This document shows positions 8,501-14,690 of a DNA stretch of 18,463 nt, in pieces. The notes beneath the pieces were generated by a model. It was not told the DNA's origin, made no database searches, and was given only the letters and a program-made list of their open reading frames with translations. A program made the position numbers and the translations under genes. Position 1 is the stretch's first letter; every line of letters starts with the position of its first letter. Source of the stretch: Candidatus Rokuibacteriota bacterium (GTDB lineage: Bacteria; Methylomirabilota; Methylomirabilia; Rokubacteriales; CSP1-6); the NCBI GenBank assembly GCA_003220195.1, contig QHRT01000067.1, positions 1 to 18,463 of the forward strand. The letters are read 5' to 3'.

Positions 8501-10639
8501 CCGTACGTGCCGTCCCCCGCGCGCGTGGGAGGTCGCGTCGACGCGAAGCTCGCGCTGACGGGCGGGCGATCAGGGGCGCACGTCACCGCGCGTGGTGAGG
8601 CGAGCGTGCGTCGCGTGTCGATCGCGGACGGCGGCCGGCCCGTCATCACGGTCGAAAGCCTGGACGCCGCCGGTATCGACGCCGAGTGGCCGGTTCGGGT
8701 CGCGATCGCCGACGTGAAGGTTCGCCGAACCTGGGCCCTGATCGAGCGTGATGCGCGCGGCGACTTCCTGCTGCGAAGGCTGCTCGGCCGCCCGTCGAGC
8801 ACGACCTCAACGGATGCGTCGCCGTCACCCTCGGCGGTTGCGGCCCGACCCGCGCTCGAGCTGCACCTCGGTCGCGCGGTCTTCGAAGAGGGCGCCGCGA
8901 CCATCGTGGATGGGACGACAGCGCCACCGGCGCGCTTCGACATCGCCGGCGCTCGACTCACGGTCGAAGATTTTTCCTGGCCGTCCGGGCCTCCGGTGAA
9001 GCTCCAGCTCACGTCCCCGACGCCGCAGGGCGGCACGGTGCGGATCGGCGCGACGCTCGAGCTCGAACCTCGACGGCTCGACGCGAACGTGTCGCTCGAC
9101 GAGGTGCAGCTCGCGCCGGCCCAGCCCTATCTCGCCATTCCCGGCCGGGTCGCCGGACGCGTGACGGGTGAGCTCGTCATGAAGGTCGCGCTGGCGCCGT
9201 TCAGCGCGCAGCTCACGGGTCAGGCCCGGGTTCGAGCCTTCAAGCTCAGCGACGGCGATTTGCCGGTGGCCACCGTCGGACGAGTGGAGGCCACGGGGAT
9301 CGACGTCGACTGGCCGCGCCGAGTCGCGTTCGAGCGCGTCAGATTCGTGCGACCGTCGCTCCTGATCGAGCGTGACGGGAGCGGCGAGTTTCGACTGCCG
9401 AAGCTCGTCACGCCGCGCAGGGGACGCGCCGGCGACGAGGCTCGCCGCCCGGAGATCTCATCCTCTCCTGGCGCCGCGGCAGCAGCGGCGCCTCCCACGA
9501 CGACGACCCTCGAGATCGCGACCCTCAATCTCGACCGGGCGTCGGCGCGGTTCGTCGATCACACGACGACACCCGCATACGCCGAGGAGATGTCGGACGT
9601 CCAGTTCGAGGTCGGCGGCGTGACGACCGCACCGGGCGGCCGCGCGCGGATCCGGGCGGCCGGGAAGCTGCCGGGCGGCGCCTCGTTCACCGCCTCGGGA
9701 AGCGTGACCCCGGGTGAGCCGAGGCACCTCGATCTGAAGGTGGACCTCCGCGATTTCGTGCTGCCGCGCGCGAACGCCTACCTGAATCGCTTCACCGGAT
9801 GGACCGCGACCCGCGGCGGCGTCACCGCGACCGCCAGCTACACCCTCGACGGAAATCGGCTCGACGCGCGGCAGGACGTGGTGGTCCGCGACGTCGCGGT
9901 CGCGCAGTCCGGGGACGAGGACGAAGTGCAGCGGCGGCTCGGCCTTCCGCTGAGCTTCCTGATCACGCTGATGAAGGACTCGCGCGGCCAGATCCGGCTC
10001 TCCGTGCCCGTGTCCGGCGACCTCGGCTCCCGCGAGTTCGACTTCAGCGAGACGGTGTGGGCCGCCGTGCGCAACCTGACGATCCGGCTCCTTGCGCTGC
10101 CGATGAGTCGCCTCGGCTCCCTGTTCGTCAGCCCCGACTCGAAGGTGGAAGCGGTCACGATCGATCCGCTGATCTTCGAGTCCGGATCGAGCCGACTGGC
10201 GGACGGCATGGTGGCGCACCTCGACCGCGTGGCGTCGTTCGTGCGTGACCGTCCGGCGATCAGGCTGGGCCTCGAACCGATCGTCACGCTGGCCGACGTC
10301 GACGCGCTCAAGAACGCGGCGATCCTGGCGCGGCTCGGCGCCACGTCCGCGCCGCGTGACAACGCCGATGCGCTCGCCGCTCTTCGCGCGGAATACCGGC
10401 GGCGCTGGCCGGAGCGCGCGCCGCCGCCGACGCTGGACGCCATCGTCGCCGCGCTGGCGCAGGAAGAGGCGACGCCGGCCGACGCGGTCCAGAAGCTCAC
10501 CGCGGACCGGGTCGGCGTCGTGCGCGGAGAGCTCGCGAAGCGCGGCGTCGAAGCCACGCGGCTCGTCACGCGGACGCGGCGCACCGCGCTCGTCGAGACA
10601 GCGGGCGTCGGCCGCGTGGAAGTCGACCTGACACCCTGA
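5597..10639 (+). CDS. AsmA/DUF748-like giant envelope protein (about 1680 aa) with internal ~210-aa tandem repeats
   Basis: The N-terminus has the AsmA-type architecture, RRR-VLGLLGLVIVSLLAVTIVSL (TM anchor) followed by VVWRLQTTMGRPVTLARLDVSLLTGRLGLHQLRIVD. At least three tandem repeats are visible in the protein (…AAGSPLSVWVTGVRLRPLAFHATVSAREIDLSLPMLYL… / …AGAPVSLWITRLRLAPFEVHTTTIVRNVDLALLRLWV… / …SGAEVSAWITGVRLDPLKASVTVSVRDLDLALVRLYL…). The Ala/Arg/Val-rich composition fits a beta-rich periplasm-spanning protein. ATG 5597 is only 18 bp from the divergent methyltransferase start, so the true start may be GTG at 5702/5705, just before the RRR-TM segment. Confidence 0.7.
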   Translation: MVEVDGPDERPYQSRSPGRRGNAVERATAVVHYPTVVTRRRVLGLLGLVIVSLLAVTIVSLPHVLRRVVVWRLQTTMGRPVTLARLDVSLLTGRLGLHQLRIVDRDQQPLATLERLEARLSLRALLRGQLRVTRATIEKPFLRIVRTAPGEFNVSDLRPRETRESTGGLGIEIERVAVVGGAVQIEDRTLSPARTWHVESVTLDARDLSTLAAASPGVATLQAVAAGSPLSVWVTGVRLRPLAFHATVSAREIDLSLPMLYLAAARPATPTRGTLDLSGTVEHDGASGTRVSLDARLADVAVSRPGQAILSAPAVRVTVEDLRLRPAAVDLARLTIDGGAMTIDDARPGGHRWPIDGVGVEIHGVSSAREASGVGTARAVVAGAPVSLWITRLRLAPFEVHTTTIVRNVDLALLRLWVPPNFPIEAEHGVVNASIEVDHDGRAGTRLAVDVTGSDLDVRRGRHFVTAPAVRLTATDIAFSGGAVTVGRAGLTGERLAIEDRHATPIRRWPVRNLAVEASRLTSGRHDVQGIATARATVSGAEVSAWITGVRLDPLKASVTVSVRDLDLALVRLYLPEAMAVEPTAGIVNASVHAEHTAADGTSVDADLTLTNAIGRAVTRAGILTVSAPSLRMTLTGGRRADNALGLGRLELTGRGAISTGAAEPSRGPTRIELDRLTFAMENVTWPARGPARVEVHARSLDQSQLDASGTATLTAPPPNLAWTADVALEMRSFNLATLGAYVPMASGVSGRLGATATATATYAGSLTVRARGGAEASGLALADGRGVPLSVARIAASGVEAQWLSRVDAAPPRDGSAERAAPLRLEVGKLAIVEPRAVVERDRQGRFPLAARFTRAPVSLPAAPATAEPAPGASAFTPQISVGEITVERGSGLFLDESTTERTRLEVPRLDATLRGLTWPTREPARLRVDATLQRNGAVSLEGTVSAAPARLDAQLVMKDVALALVQPYVPSPARVGGRVDAKLALTGGRSGAHVTARGEASVRRVSIADGGRPVITVESLDAAGIDAEWPVRVAIADVKVRRTWALIERDARGDFLLRRLLGRPSSTTSTDASPSPSAVAARPALELHLGRAVFEEGAATIVDGTTAPPARFDIAGARLTVEDFSWPSGPPVKLQLTSPTPQGGTVRIGATLELEPRRLDANVSLDEVQLAPAQPYLAIPGRVAGRVTGELVMKVALAPFSAQLTGQARVRAFKLSDGDLPVATVGRVEATGIDVDWPRRVAFERVRFVRPSLLIERDGSGEFRLPKLVTPRRGRAGDEARRPEISSSPGAAAAAAPPTTTTLEIATLNLDRASARFVDHTTTPAYAEEMSDVQFEVGGVTTAPGGRARIRAAGKLPGGASFTASGSVTPGEPRHLDLKVDLRDFVLPRANAYLNRFTGWTATRGGVTATASYTLDGNRLDARQDVVVRDVAVAQSGDEDEVQRRLGLPLSFLITLMKDSRGQIRLSVPVSGDLGSREFDFSETVWAAVRNLTIRLLALPMSRLGSLFVSPDSKVEAVTIDPLIFESGSSRLADGMVAHLDRVASFVRDRPAIRLGLEPIVTLADVDALKNAAILARLGATSAPRDNADALAALRAEYRRRWPERAPPPTLDAIVAALAQEEATPADAVQKLTADRVGVVRGELAKRGVEATRLVTRTRRTALVETAGVGRVEVDLTP

Positions 10640-10675
10640 CGCGGACCGCGGGCTATGATTGATGACATGGGGCCC

Positions 10676-10780
10676 CGAGGGGCGCGCGGACGCGCCCGAG
10701 GGCCGCGCGGACGCGCCCGAGGGCCGCGCGGACGCGCCCGAGGGCCGCGCGGACGCGCCCGAGGGCCGCGCGGACGCGCC
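10676..10780. repeat. Perfect 21-bp tandem repeat x5 (CGAGGGCCGCGCGGACGCGCC) in the intergenic region upstream of the nitrile hydratase genes
   Basis: Copies lie at 10676-10696 (1 mismatch), 10697-10717, 10718-10738, 10739-10759 and 10760-10780 (the last four identical). Each unit contains the short palindrome GCGCG-GA-CGCGC. The array sits between the giant-gene stop (10637-10639) and the nitrile hydratase beta ATG (10880). Confidence 0.85.
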
Positions 10781-10879
10781 CGTAATGGCCCCCACGCTCC
10801 CAACGCTCGGCGGCGCCCCGGCAAAGCCCGGGCGCCCCTCGGGCCTGCTTGTGCAAACGATGCGGCGGGAGGTCGCACC

Positions 10880-11557
10880 ATGGACGGTGTCCACGATCTC
10901 GGCGGCATGCAGGGCTTCGGCCCGGTCGTGCGCGAAGAGAACGAGCCCGCGTTCCACGCCGCGTGGGAAGCCGCTGTCGTCGCGATGATGCGGGCGGGCG
11001 GCGCTAACGGCATCTACAACATCGACGAGTTCCGCCACGCGATCGAACGCATGGCCCCGGCGGACTACCTGCGTGCCAGCTACTACGAGAAGTGGCTCGA
11101 CGGCATCGCGCGGTTACTCGTCGAGAAGGGCGTGATCACCGGGGACGATCTCGAAAAGCGGGTGGCGTTCTTTCGCGAGCGTCCCGACGCGCCCGCAACG
11201 GACGCGGTGGCCGGCGCCCTGCCCGAGGGGGTGCCAGCGCATCTCACCTGGGTGCAAAGCGCGATTCGGGAGACCGGCGCCCGGCCGCGGTTCGCGCCGG
11301 GCGACGCCGTCGTGACGCGCCGGTTCCACGCGCCCGGCCACACGCGGCTGCCGCGATACGCGCGCGGCAAGACGGGCGTGATCGTCCGCGTTCACGGCAT
11401 CCACGTCTTTCCCGACACGAATGCGCACGGCGGCGGCGAATCGCCGCAGCCGCTCTACAGCGTGCGCTTCGACGCGCGCGAGCTCTGGGGCGAGACCGCC
11501 GAGCCGAACGCGCACGTCCATCTCGACTGCTGGGAGAGTTATCTCGAAGAGAAGTGA
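10880..11557 (+). CDS. nthB: Nitrile hydratase beta subunit
   Basis: MDGVHDLGGMQGFGPVVREENEPAFHAAWEAAVVAMM… matches the nitrile hydratase beta N-terminus (MNGVHDxGG…GPV). The C-terminal region (RYARGKTGVIVRVHGIHVFPDTNAHGGGESPQPLYSVRFDARELWGE…HLDCWESYLE) matches the conserved beta C-terminus. GGGAGG at 10866-10871 precedes ATG 10880. The upstream in-frame extension from 10655 uses rare CGA/GGA codons across the 21-bp repeats and is rejected. Confidence 0.9.
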   Translation: MDGVHDLGGMQGFGPVVREENEPAFHAAWEAAVVAMMRAGGANGIYNIDEFRHAIERMAPADYLRASYYEKWLDGIARLLVEKGVITGDDLEKRVAFFRERPDAPATDAVAGALPEGVPAHLTWVQSAIRETGARPRFAPGDAVVTRRFHAPGHTRLPRYARGKTGVIVRVHGIHVFPDTNAHGGGESPQPLYSVRFDARELWGETAEPNAHVHLDCWESYLEEK

Positions 11558-11571
11558 AAGGATTCCCAGAC

Positions 11572-12171
11572 ATGGGCAAGAATCATCCGAACGTCGATCC
11601 GTACGTCGTGTCGCGCGTGCGGGCGCTCGAGTCGCTGCTGCTCGAGAAGGGTCTGCTCGCTCCGGGCGCGGTCGATCGCGTCATCGAACGGTACGAGAAC
11701 GACACGGGCCCCATGATCGGCGCCCGCGCCACCGCACGCGCGTGGACCAACCCGGAATTCCGGACGCTGCTGCTGAGTGATGCGCGCAGGGCACTGAAGA
11801 CGTTCGGGCTCGACTACGAGGTGCTGGTCGTCGTCGAGAACACCCCCGCGGTCCACAACCTGGTCGTGTGCACGCTCTGCTCCTGCTATCCGTGGCCGGT
11901 GCTGGGCCTGCCGCCCACGTGGTACAAGATGCCGGCCTACCGGTCGCGCGCGGTGAGCGAGCCGCGGCAGCTCCTGCACGAGATGGGCCTCGACATCCCC
12001 GACAGTCGGGAGATCCGTGTCTGGGACTCGAGCGCCGAGATGCGGTACATGGTCCTGCCGCAGCGTCCCGACGGCACCGGGCACCTCGCCGAAGACGAGC
12101 TCGTCCCGCTCGTCTCGCGCGACGCGTTGATCGGCGTGGCCGAGCCGCGAGCGACCGCCGCCGCGCGCTGA
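11572..12171 (+). CDS. nthA: Nitrile hydratase alpha subunit, cobalt type
   Basis: Metal-binding motif VCTLCSCYPWPVLGLPP (Thr/Tyr variant is the Co-type signature; Fe-type is VCSLCSCT). The flanking conserved blocks are present (YENDTGPMIGARATARAWTNPEF, YRSRAVSEPRQLL, WDSSAEMRYMVLPQRP). An AAGGA ribosome-binding site lies 10 nt upstream. The gene starts 14 nt after the beta stop. Confidence 0.9.
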   Translation: MGKNHPNVDPYVVSRVRALESLLLEKGLLAPGAVDRVIERYENDTGPMIGARATARAWTNPEFRTLLLSDARRALKTFGLDYEVLVVVENTPAVHNLVVCTLCSCYPWPVLGLPPTWYKMPAYRSRAVSEPRQLLHEMGLDIPDSREIRVWDSSAEMRYMVLPQRPDGTGHLAEDELVPLVSRDALIGVAEPRATAAAR

Positions 12172-12188
12172 CTGGCGGCCGAGCGTCC

Positions 12189-13037
12189 ATGTACACGAGG
12201 CATCGCAACATCGTCGTCCGCGCCGACGGCCGTCCCGTCAACGTGGCGCGCCCGCGCGGCCAGCTCTTCGTCTGCGCGACGGGCTGCTGCTGCGGGCGCA
12301 CCGAGGACGGCTTCGCGCCCGTGCCCGTCGATACGTTCCACCTGGAATGGGAGCGCCGGCGCCTGCGCAACGTGGTGCACCTGACGATCGGCGGATGTCT
12401 CGGTCCCTGCGCGCTCGCCAACGTCGTGCTGCTGCTCTTCGACGGCCAGGCGCAGTGGTTTCACTCGATGAACCAGGAGGCATTGATCCTGTCGCTCTAC
12501 GATCACGTCGAGCGGATGCTCGAGCACGATCGCTGCCTCCCGCCGCCCGACGCGCTCGCTCCCTACCACTTCACCGCGTCGGCGTGGCAGCCACGGCCCG
12601 ACGGGCAGCCGGTCGACGATCAGCGTTCCTGGCGGGCTCGCGAGCGGACTCGAGAGCACGCCTGCCGGGACGTTCCGTCCGGCGTGAGCGCGGGCGGCGA
12701 CGCGATGAGCGTCGATCGCGTGATCGGCGCGATGCAGGGCGCGCTCGCGCTTCCGCGGAAGAACGGCGAGCTGGTGTTCGAGGAGCCGTGGCACGGGCGC
12801 GTCTTCGGCATGGCGATCGCGCTCCACGAGCAGGGCCACTACGAGTGGGACGAGTTCCGTCAGGCTCTGATCGCGCAGATCGCCGCGGCGGAGAAACGCG
12901 GCGGCGCGTTCGTCTACTACGAGATCTGGCTCCGGACCTTCGAGGAGCTGATCGCGAGCAAAGGCATCGTCACGCCCGCCGACCTCGAGGAAACCACGTA
13001 CCAGTTCGAGTTCGGCGAGCGTGAGGACGTGTTTTAA
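12189..13037 (+). CDS. Nitrile hydratase accessory/activator protein (beta-homologue, self-subunit-swapping chaperone type) fused to an N-terminal Cys-rich thioredoxin-like-ferredoxin-type domain
   Basis: The C-terminal ~130 aa (FEEPWHGRVFGMAIALHEQGHYEWDEFRQALIAQIAAAEKRGG…YYEIWLRTFEELIASKGIVTPADLEETT) matches Co-type nitrile hydratase activator proteins (EPW…F…A…G…W…ALI…I). The N-terminal ~140 aa carries C-x3-CCC … (34 aa) … GGC-LGP-C-ALANVVLL. This resembles the C-x4-C…C-x3-C spacing of thioredoxin-like [2Fe-2S] ferredoxin and metal-binding domains. It is a single uninterrupted ORF. Confidence 0.7.
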   Translation: MYTRHRNIVVRADGRPVNVARPRGQLFVCATGCCCGRTEDGFAPVPVDTFHLEWERRRLRNVVHLTIGGCLGPCALANVVLLLFDGQAQWFHSMNQEALILSLYDHVERMLEHDRCLPPPDALAPYHFTASAWQPRPDGQPVDDQRSWRARERTREHACRDVPSGVSAGGDAMSVDRVIGAMQGALALPRKNGELVFEEPWHGRVFGMAIALHEQGHYEWDEFRQALIAQIAAAEKRGGAFVYYEIWLRTFEELIASKGIVTPADLEETTYQFEFGEREDVF

Positions 13038-13043
13038 CAGCGT

Positions 13044-14570
13044 CTACTTCTTCACCTTGAGATCTTCGTACGGCGCCGAGTACGGGTGCCCGGCGATCAG
13101 CGTGAGGCCTGACTCCGCCACGCGTGGCCCGTACCCGTTCAGGAACGCGAGCTGCCAGATGGGCGCGAACATCGCCTTCTCGTGGATCAGCTGCTGGATG
13201 CGATGGAGCGTCGCCTCCCGCCTCTTCGGATCGAGCTGCGCGGCCTGCTCCTGGATCAACCCTTCGATGTCGGGATAGCTCCCGTACGTGAACGTGCCGC
13301 CCGCCGCGACGAACGCGTCCAGGCGCGTCGCGGTGTTGCCACCGGCGCCGCTCGCGGTCTGGATGATGTTCCGGAACTTCTTGTCGCGGTTCTGCGCGAG
13401 GAACGCCGCCCGTTCCAGCGGCCGCATCTTCGTGCGGATCCCGACCGCGTTCAGGTAGTTGACCACGGCTTCGCCGAGGTTCGCGTACGAGGCGTCGCAG
13501 AAGTACTCTCCGGCGTCGAAGCCGTTCGGATGACCGGCCTCCGCCAGCAGGCGACGCGTCTGCGCCGGATCGTACCCGGGCAGCGGCGGCTGCCAGAAGA
13601 ACTCGAACGTCTCCGGGATGATGCTGCCGGTGATCTTCGAGAACCCGAGGGTCTCGGCACGATTGATGGCCTGGCGATCGATCGCGAGGTTGGCCGCGAG
13701 CCGGACCCGCCGATCGGTCCACGGCGATTTTGGATCGGTCCACTGCTCCGGGAAGACGAGCCAGAAGGTTCCGGGCGGATAGTTCGGCGCGAGCGTCAAG
13801 CCCGGCGTCCGGCGCAGCTCCTCCGCCAGCGCGCCACGAATCGAGTACGCGATGTCGGCCTCGCCGCGCTTCAGCATCGCGAGCCGGGTCTCCTCTTCGG
13901 ACACCGTGCGAAAGACGAGCCTCTTGATCGCGGGCGTCTTGCGCCAGTAGCCGTCGAAGGCCTCGAGCACCAGCTCGACACCCGGGGTGAACGAGACGAA
14001 CTTGTACGGCCCCGCGCCGACCGGCGCCTTCTTGAAACCGTCGTCGCCTACTTTCTCGACGTACTTCTTCGGCACGATCCACCCGGCGCCGGTGGCCGCG
14101 CTGCCGTAGAACGCCATGAAGTCGGGCCACGGCTGCTTCACACGGATGCGCAGCCGGTGCGGATCGAGCACGTCGATGCCCGCGATCCGCGCCTTCATCG
14201 GCGCGGACGCCGACCCGCGGTACCGCTCGAGCGAGAATTTCACGTCCTCGGCGGTGACCGGGTCGCCGTTGTGGAACTTCACACCCTTGCGCAGCACGAA
14301 TTCGTACGTGAGGTTGTCCGGCGAGGCGGTCCACGACTCGGCCAGGCTCGGCGCCATCGCGTTGCCGGGCATCGGCTTCACGAGCGCGTCGTGCAGCGCG
14401 TAGAGCAACATGAACGGCGTGATGATTCCGGCGGTCTCCGCGGGGTCGAACCACGTCGGAGCCAGCGAGACGTGCACGGCCCACGTGAGCTGGCCTTCCG
14501 GCGCCGCGACCGCCGTGCCGGAGACGAGGAGGAGGATCGAGAGCGTGGTGATGAGGACCCGTCGCGTCAT
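13044..14570 (-). CDS. ABC transporter substrate-binding protein, family 5 (Dpp/Opp/Nik-type)
   Basis: 508 aa with an N-terminal signal peptide MTRRVLITTLSILLLVSGTAVAAPEG. Family-5 binding-protein motifs run throughout (LTYEFVLRKGVKFHNGDPVTAEDVKFS, …WTDRRVRLAANLAIDRQAI…). AGAGGAGA precedes the start (rc of CAT 14568-14570). It is convergent with the nitrile hydratase accessory gene (stops 6 bp apart). Confidence 0.85.
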   Translation of the reverse strand: MTRRVLITTLSILLLVSGTAVAAPEGQLTWAVHVSLAPTWFDPAETAGIITPFMLLYALHDALVKPMPGNAMAPSLAESWTASPDNLTYEFVLRKGVKFHNGDPVTAEDVKFSLERYRGSASAPMKARIAGIDVLDPHRLRIRVKQPWPDFMAFYGSAATGAGWIVPKKYVEKVGDDGFKKAPVGAGPYKFVSFTPGVELVLEAFDGYWRKTPAIKRLVFRTVSEEETRLAMLKRGEADIAYSIRGALAEELRRTPGLTLAPNYPPGTFWLVFPEQWTDPKSPWTDRRVRLAANLAIDRQAINRAETLGFSKITGSIIPETFEFFWQPPLPGYDPAQTRRLLAEAGHPNGFDAGEYFCDASYANLGEAVVNYLNAVGIRTKMRPLERAAFLAQNRDKKFRNIIQTASGAGGNTATRLDAFVAAGGTFTYGSYPDIEGLIQEQAAQLDPKRREATLHRIQQLIHEKAMFAPIWQLAFLNGYGPRVAESGLTLIAGHPYSAPYEDLKVKK

Positions 14571-14637
14571 GCCGCAATCTCCTCTGCGTCGGGAGTGGTT
14601 CAGGCGAACGAGAGGCGACGACCGGATCGTCTCGGGA

Positions 14638-14673
14638 TTGACGCGATTATCGGGACGGGATCGCGGTTGTCAA
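14638..14673 (-). promoter_or_regulatory. Sigma70-like promoter candidate for the substrate-binding-protein gene (TTGACA-16 nt-GATAAT on minus strand)
   Basis: The reverse complement of 14638-14673 reads TTGACAaccgcgatcccgtcccGATAATcg. It carries a perfect -35 element and a 5/6 -10 element with a 16-nt spacer, about 70 nt upstream of the substrate-binding-protein start codon, in the only intergenic gap (14571-14690). Confidence 0.4.
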
Positions 14674-14690
14674 GCGGCGCCCGACCGGAA

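Noticed and set aside
10676-10780. Possibility that the 21-bp array is a CRISPR array
   Set aside because: The copies are directly abutting with no spacers, only 5 units are present, and no cas genes are nearby. It is a simple tandem repeat.
10816-10845. GCGCCCC…caaag…GGGCGC short hairpin between the repeat array and the nitrile hydratase beta start
   Set aside because: The 6-7 bp GC stem is indistinguishable from chance in this composition. I mention it only as a possible 5'UTR element if the 21-bp array proves regulatory.
10655-10879. N-terminal extension of the nitrile hydratase beta ORF encoding (GPRGRAR)n across the 21-bp repeats
   Set aside because: The canonical beta-subunit start MDGVHDLGG at 10880 has a strong GGGAGG ribosome-binding site. 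The extension uses rare CGA/GGA codons and has no ribosome-binding site. Its reading frame is a by-product of the repeat length being divisible by 3.
9458-11038. 526-aa and 391-aa minus-strand ORFs (9458..11038, 9838..11013) and the many 60-300 aa ORFs antisense to the giant gene (for example 8128..9036, 6292..6960)
   Set aside because: They overlap well-supported genes on the opposite strand (giant envelope gene, nitrile hydratase beta). Their translations are Arg/Pro/Ala-rich with no recognisable motifs. They also run straight through the 21-bp repeat array.
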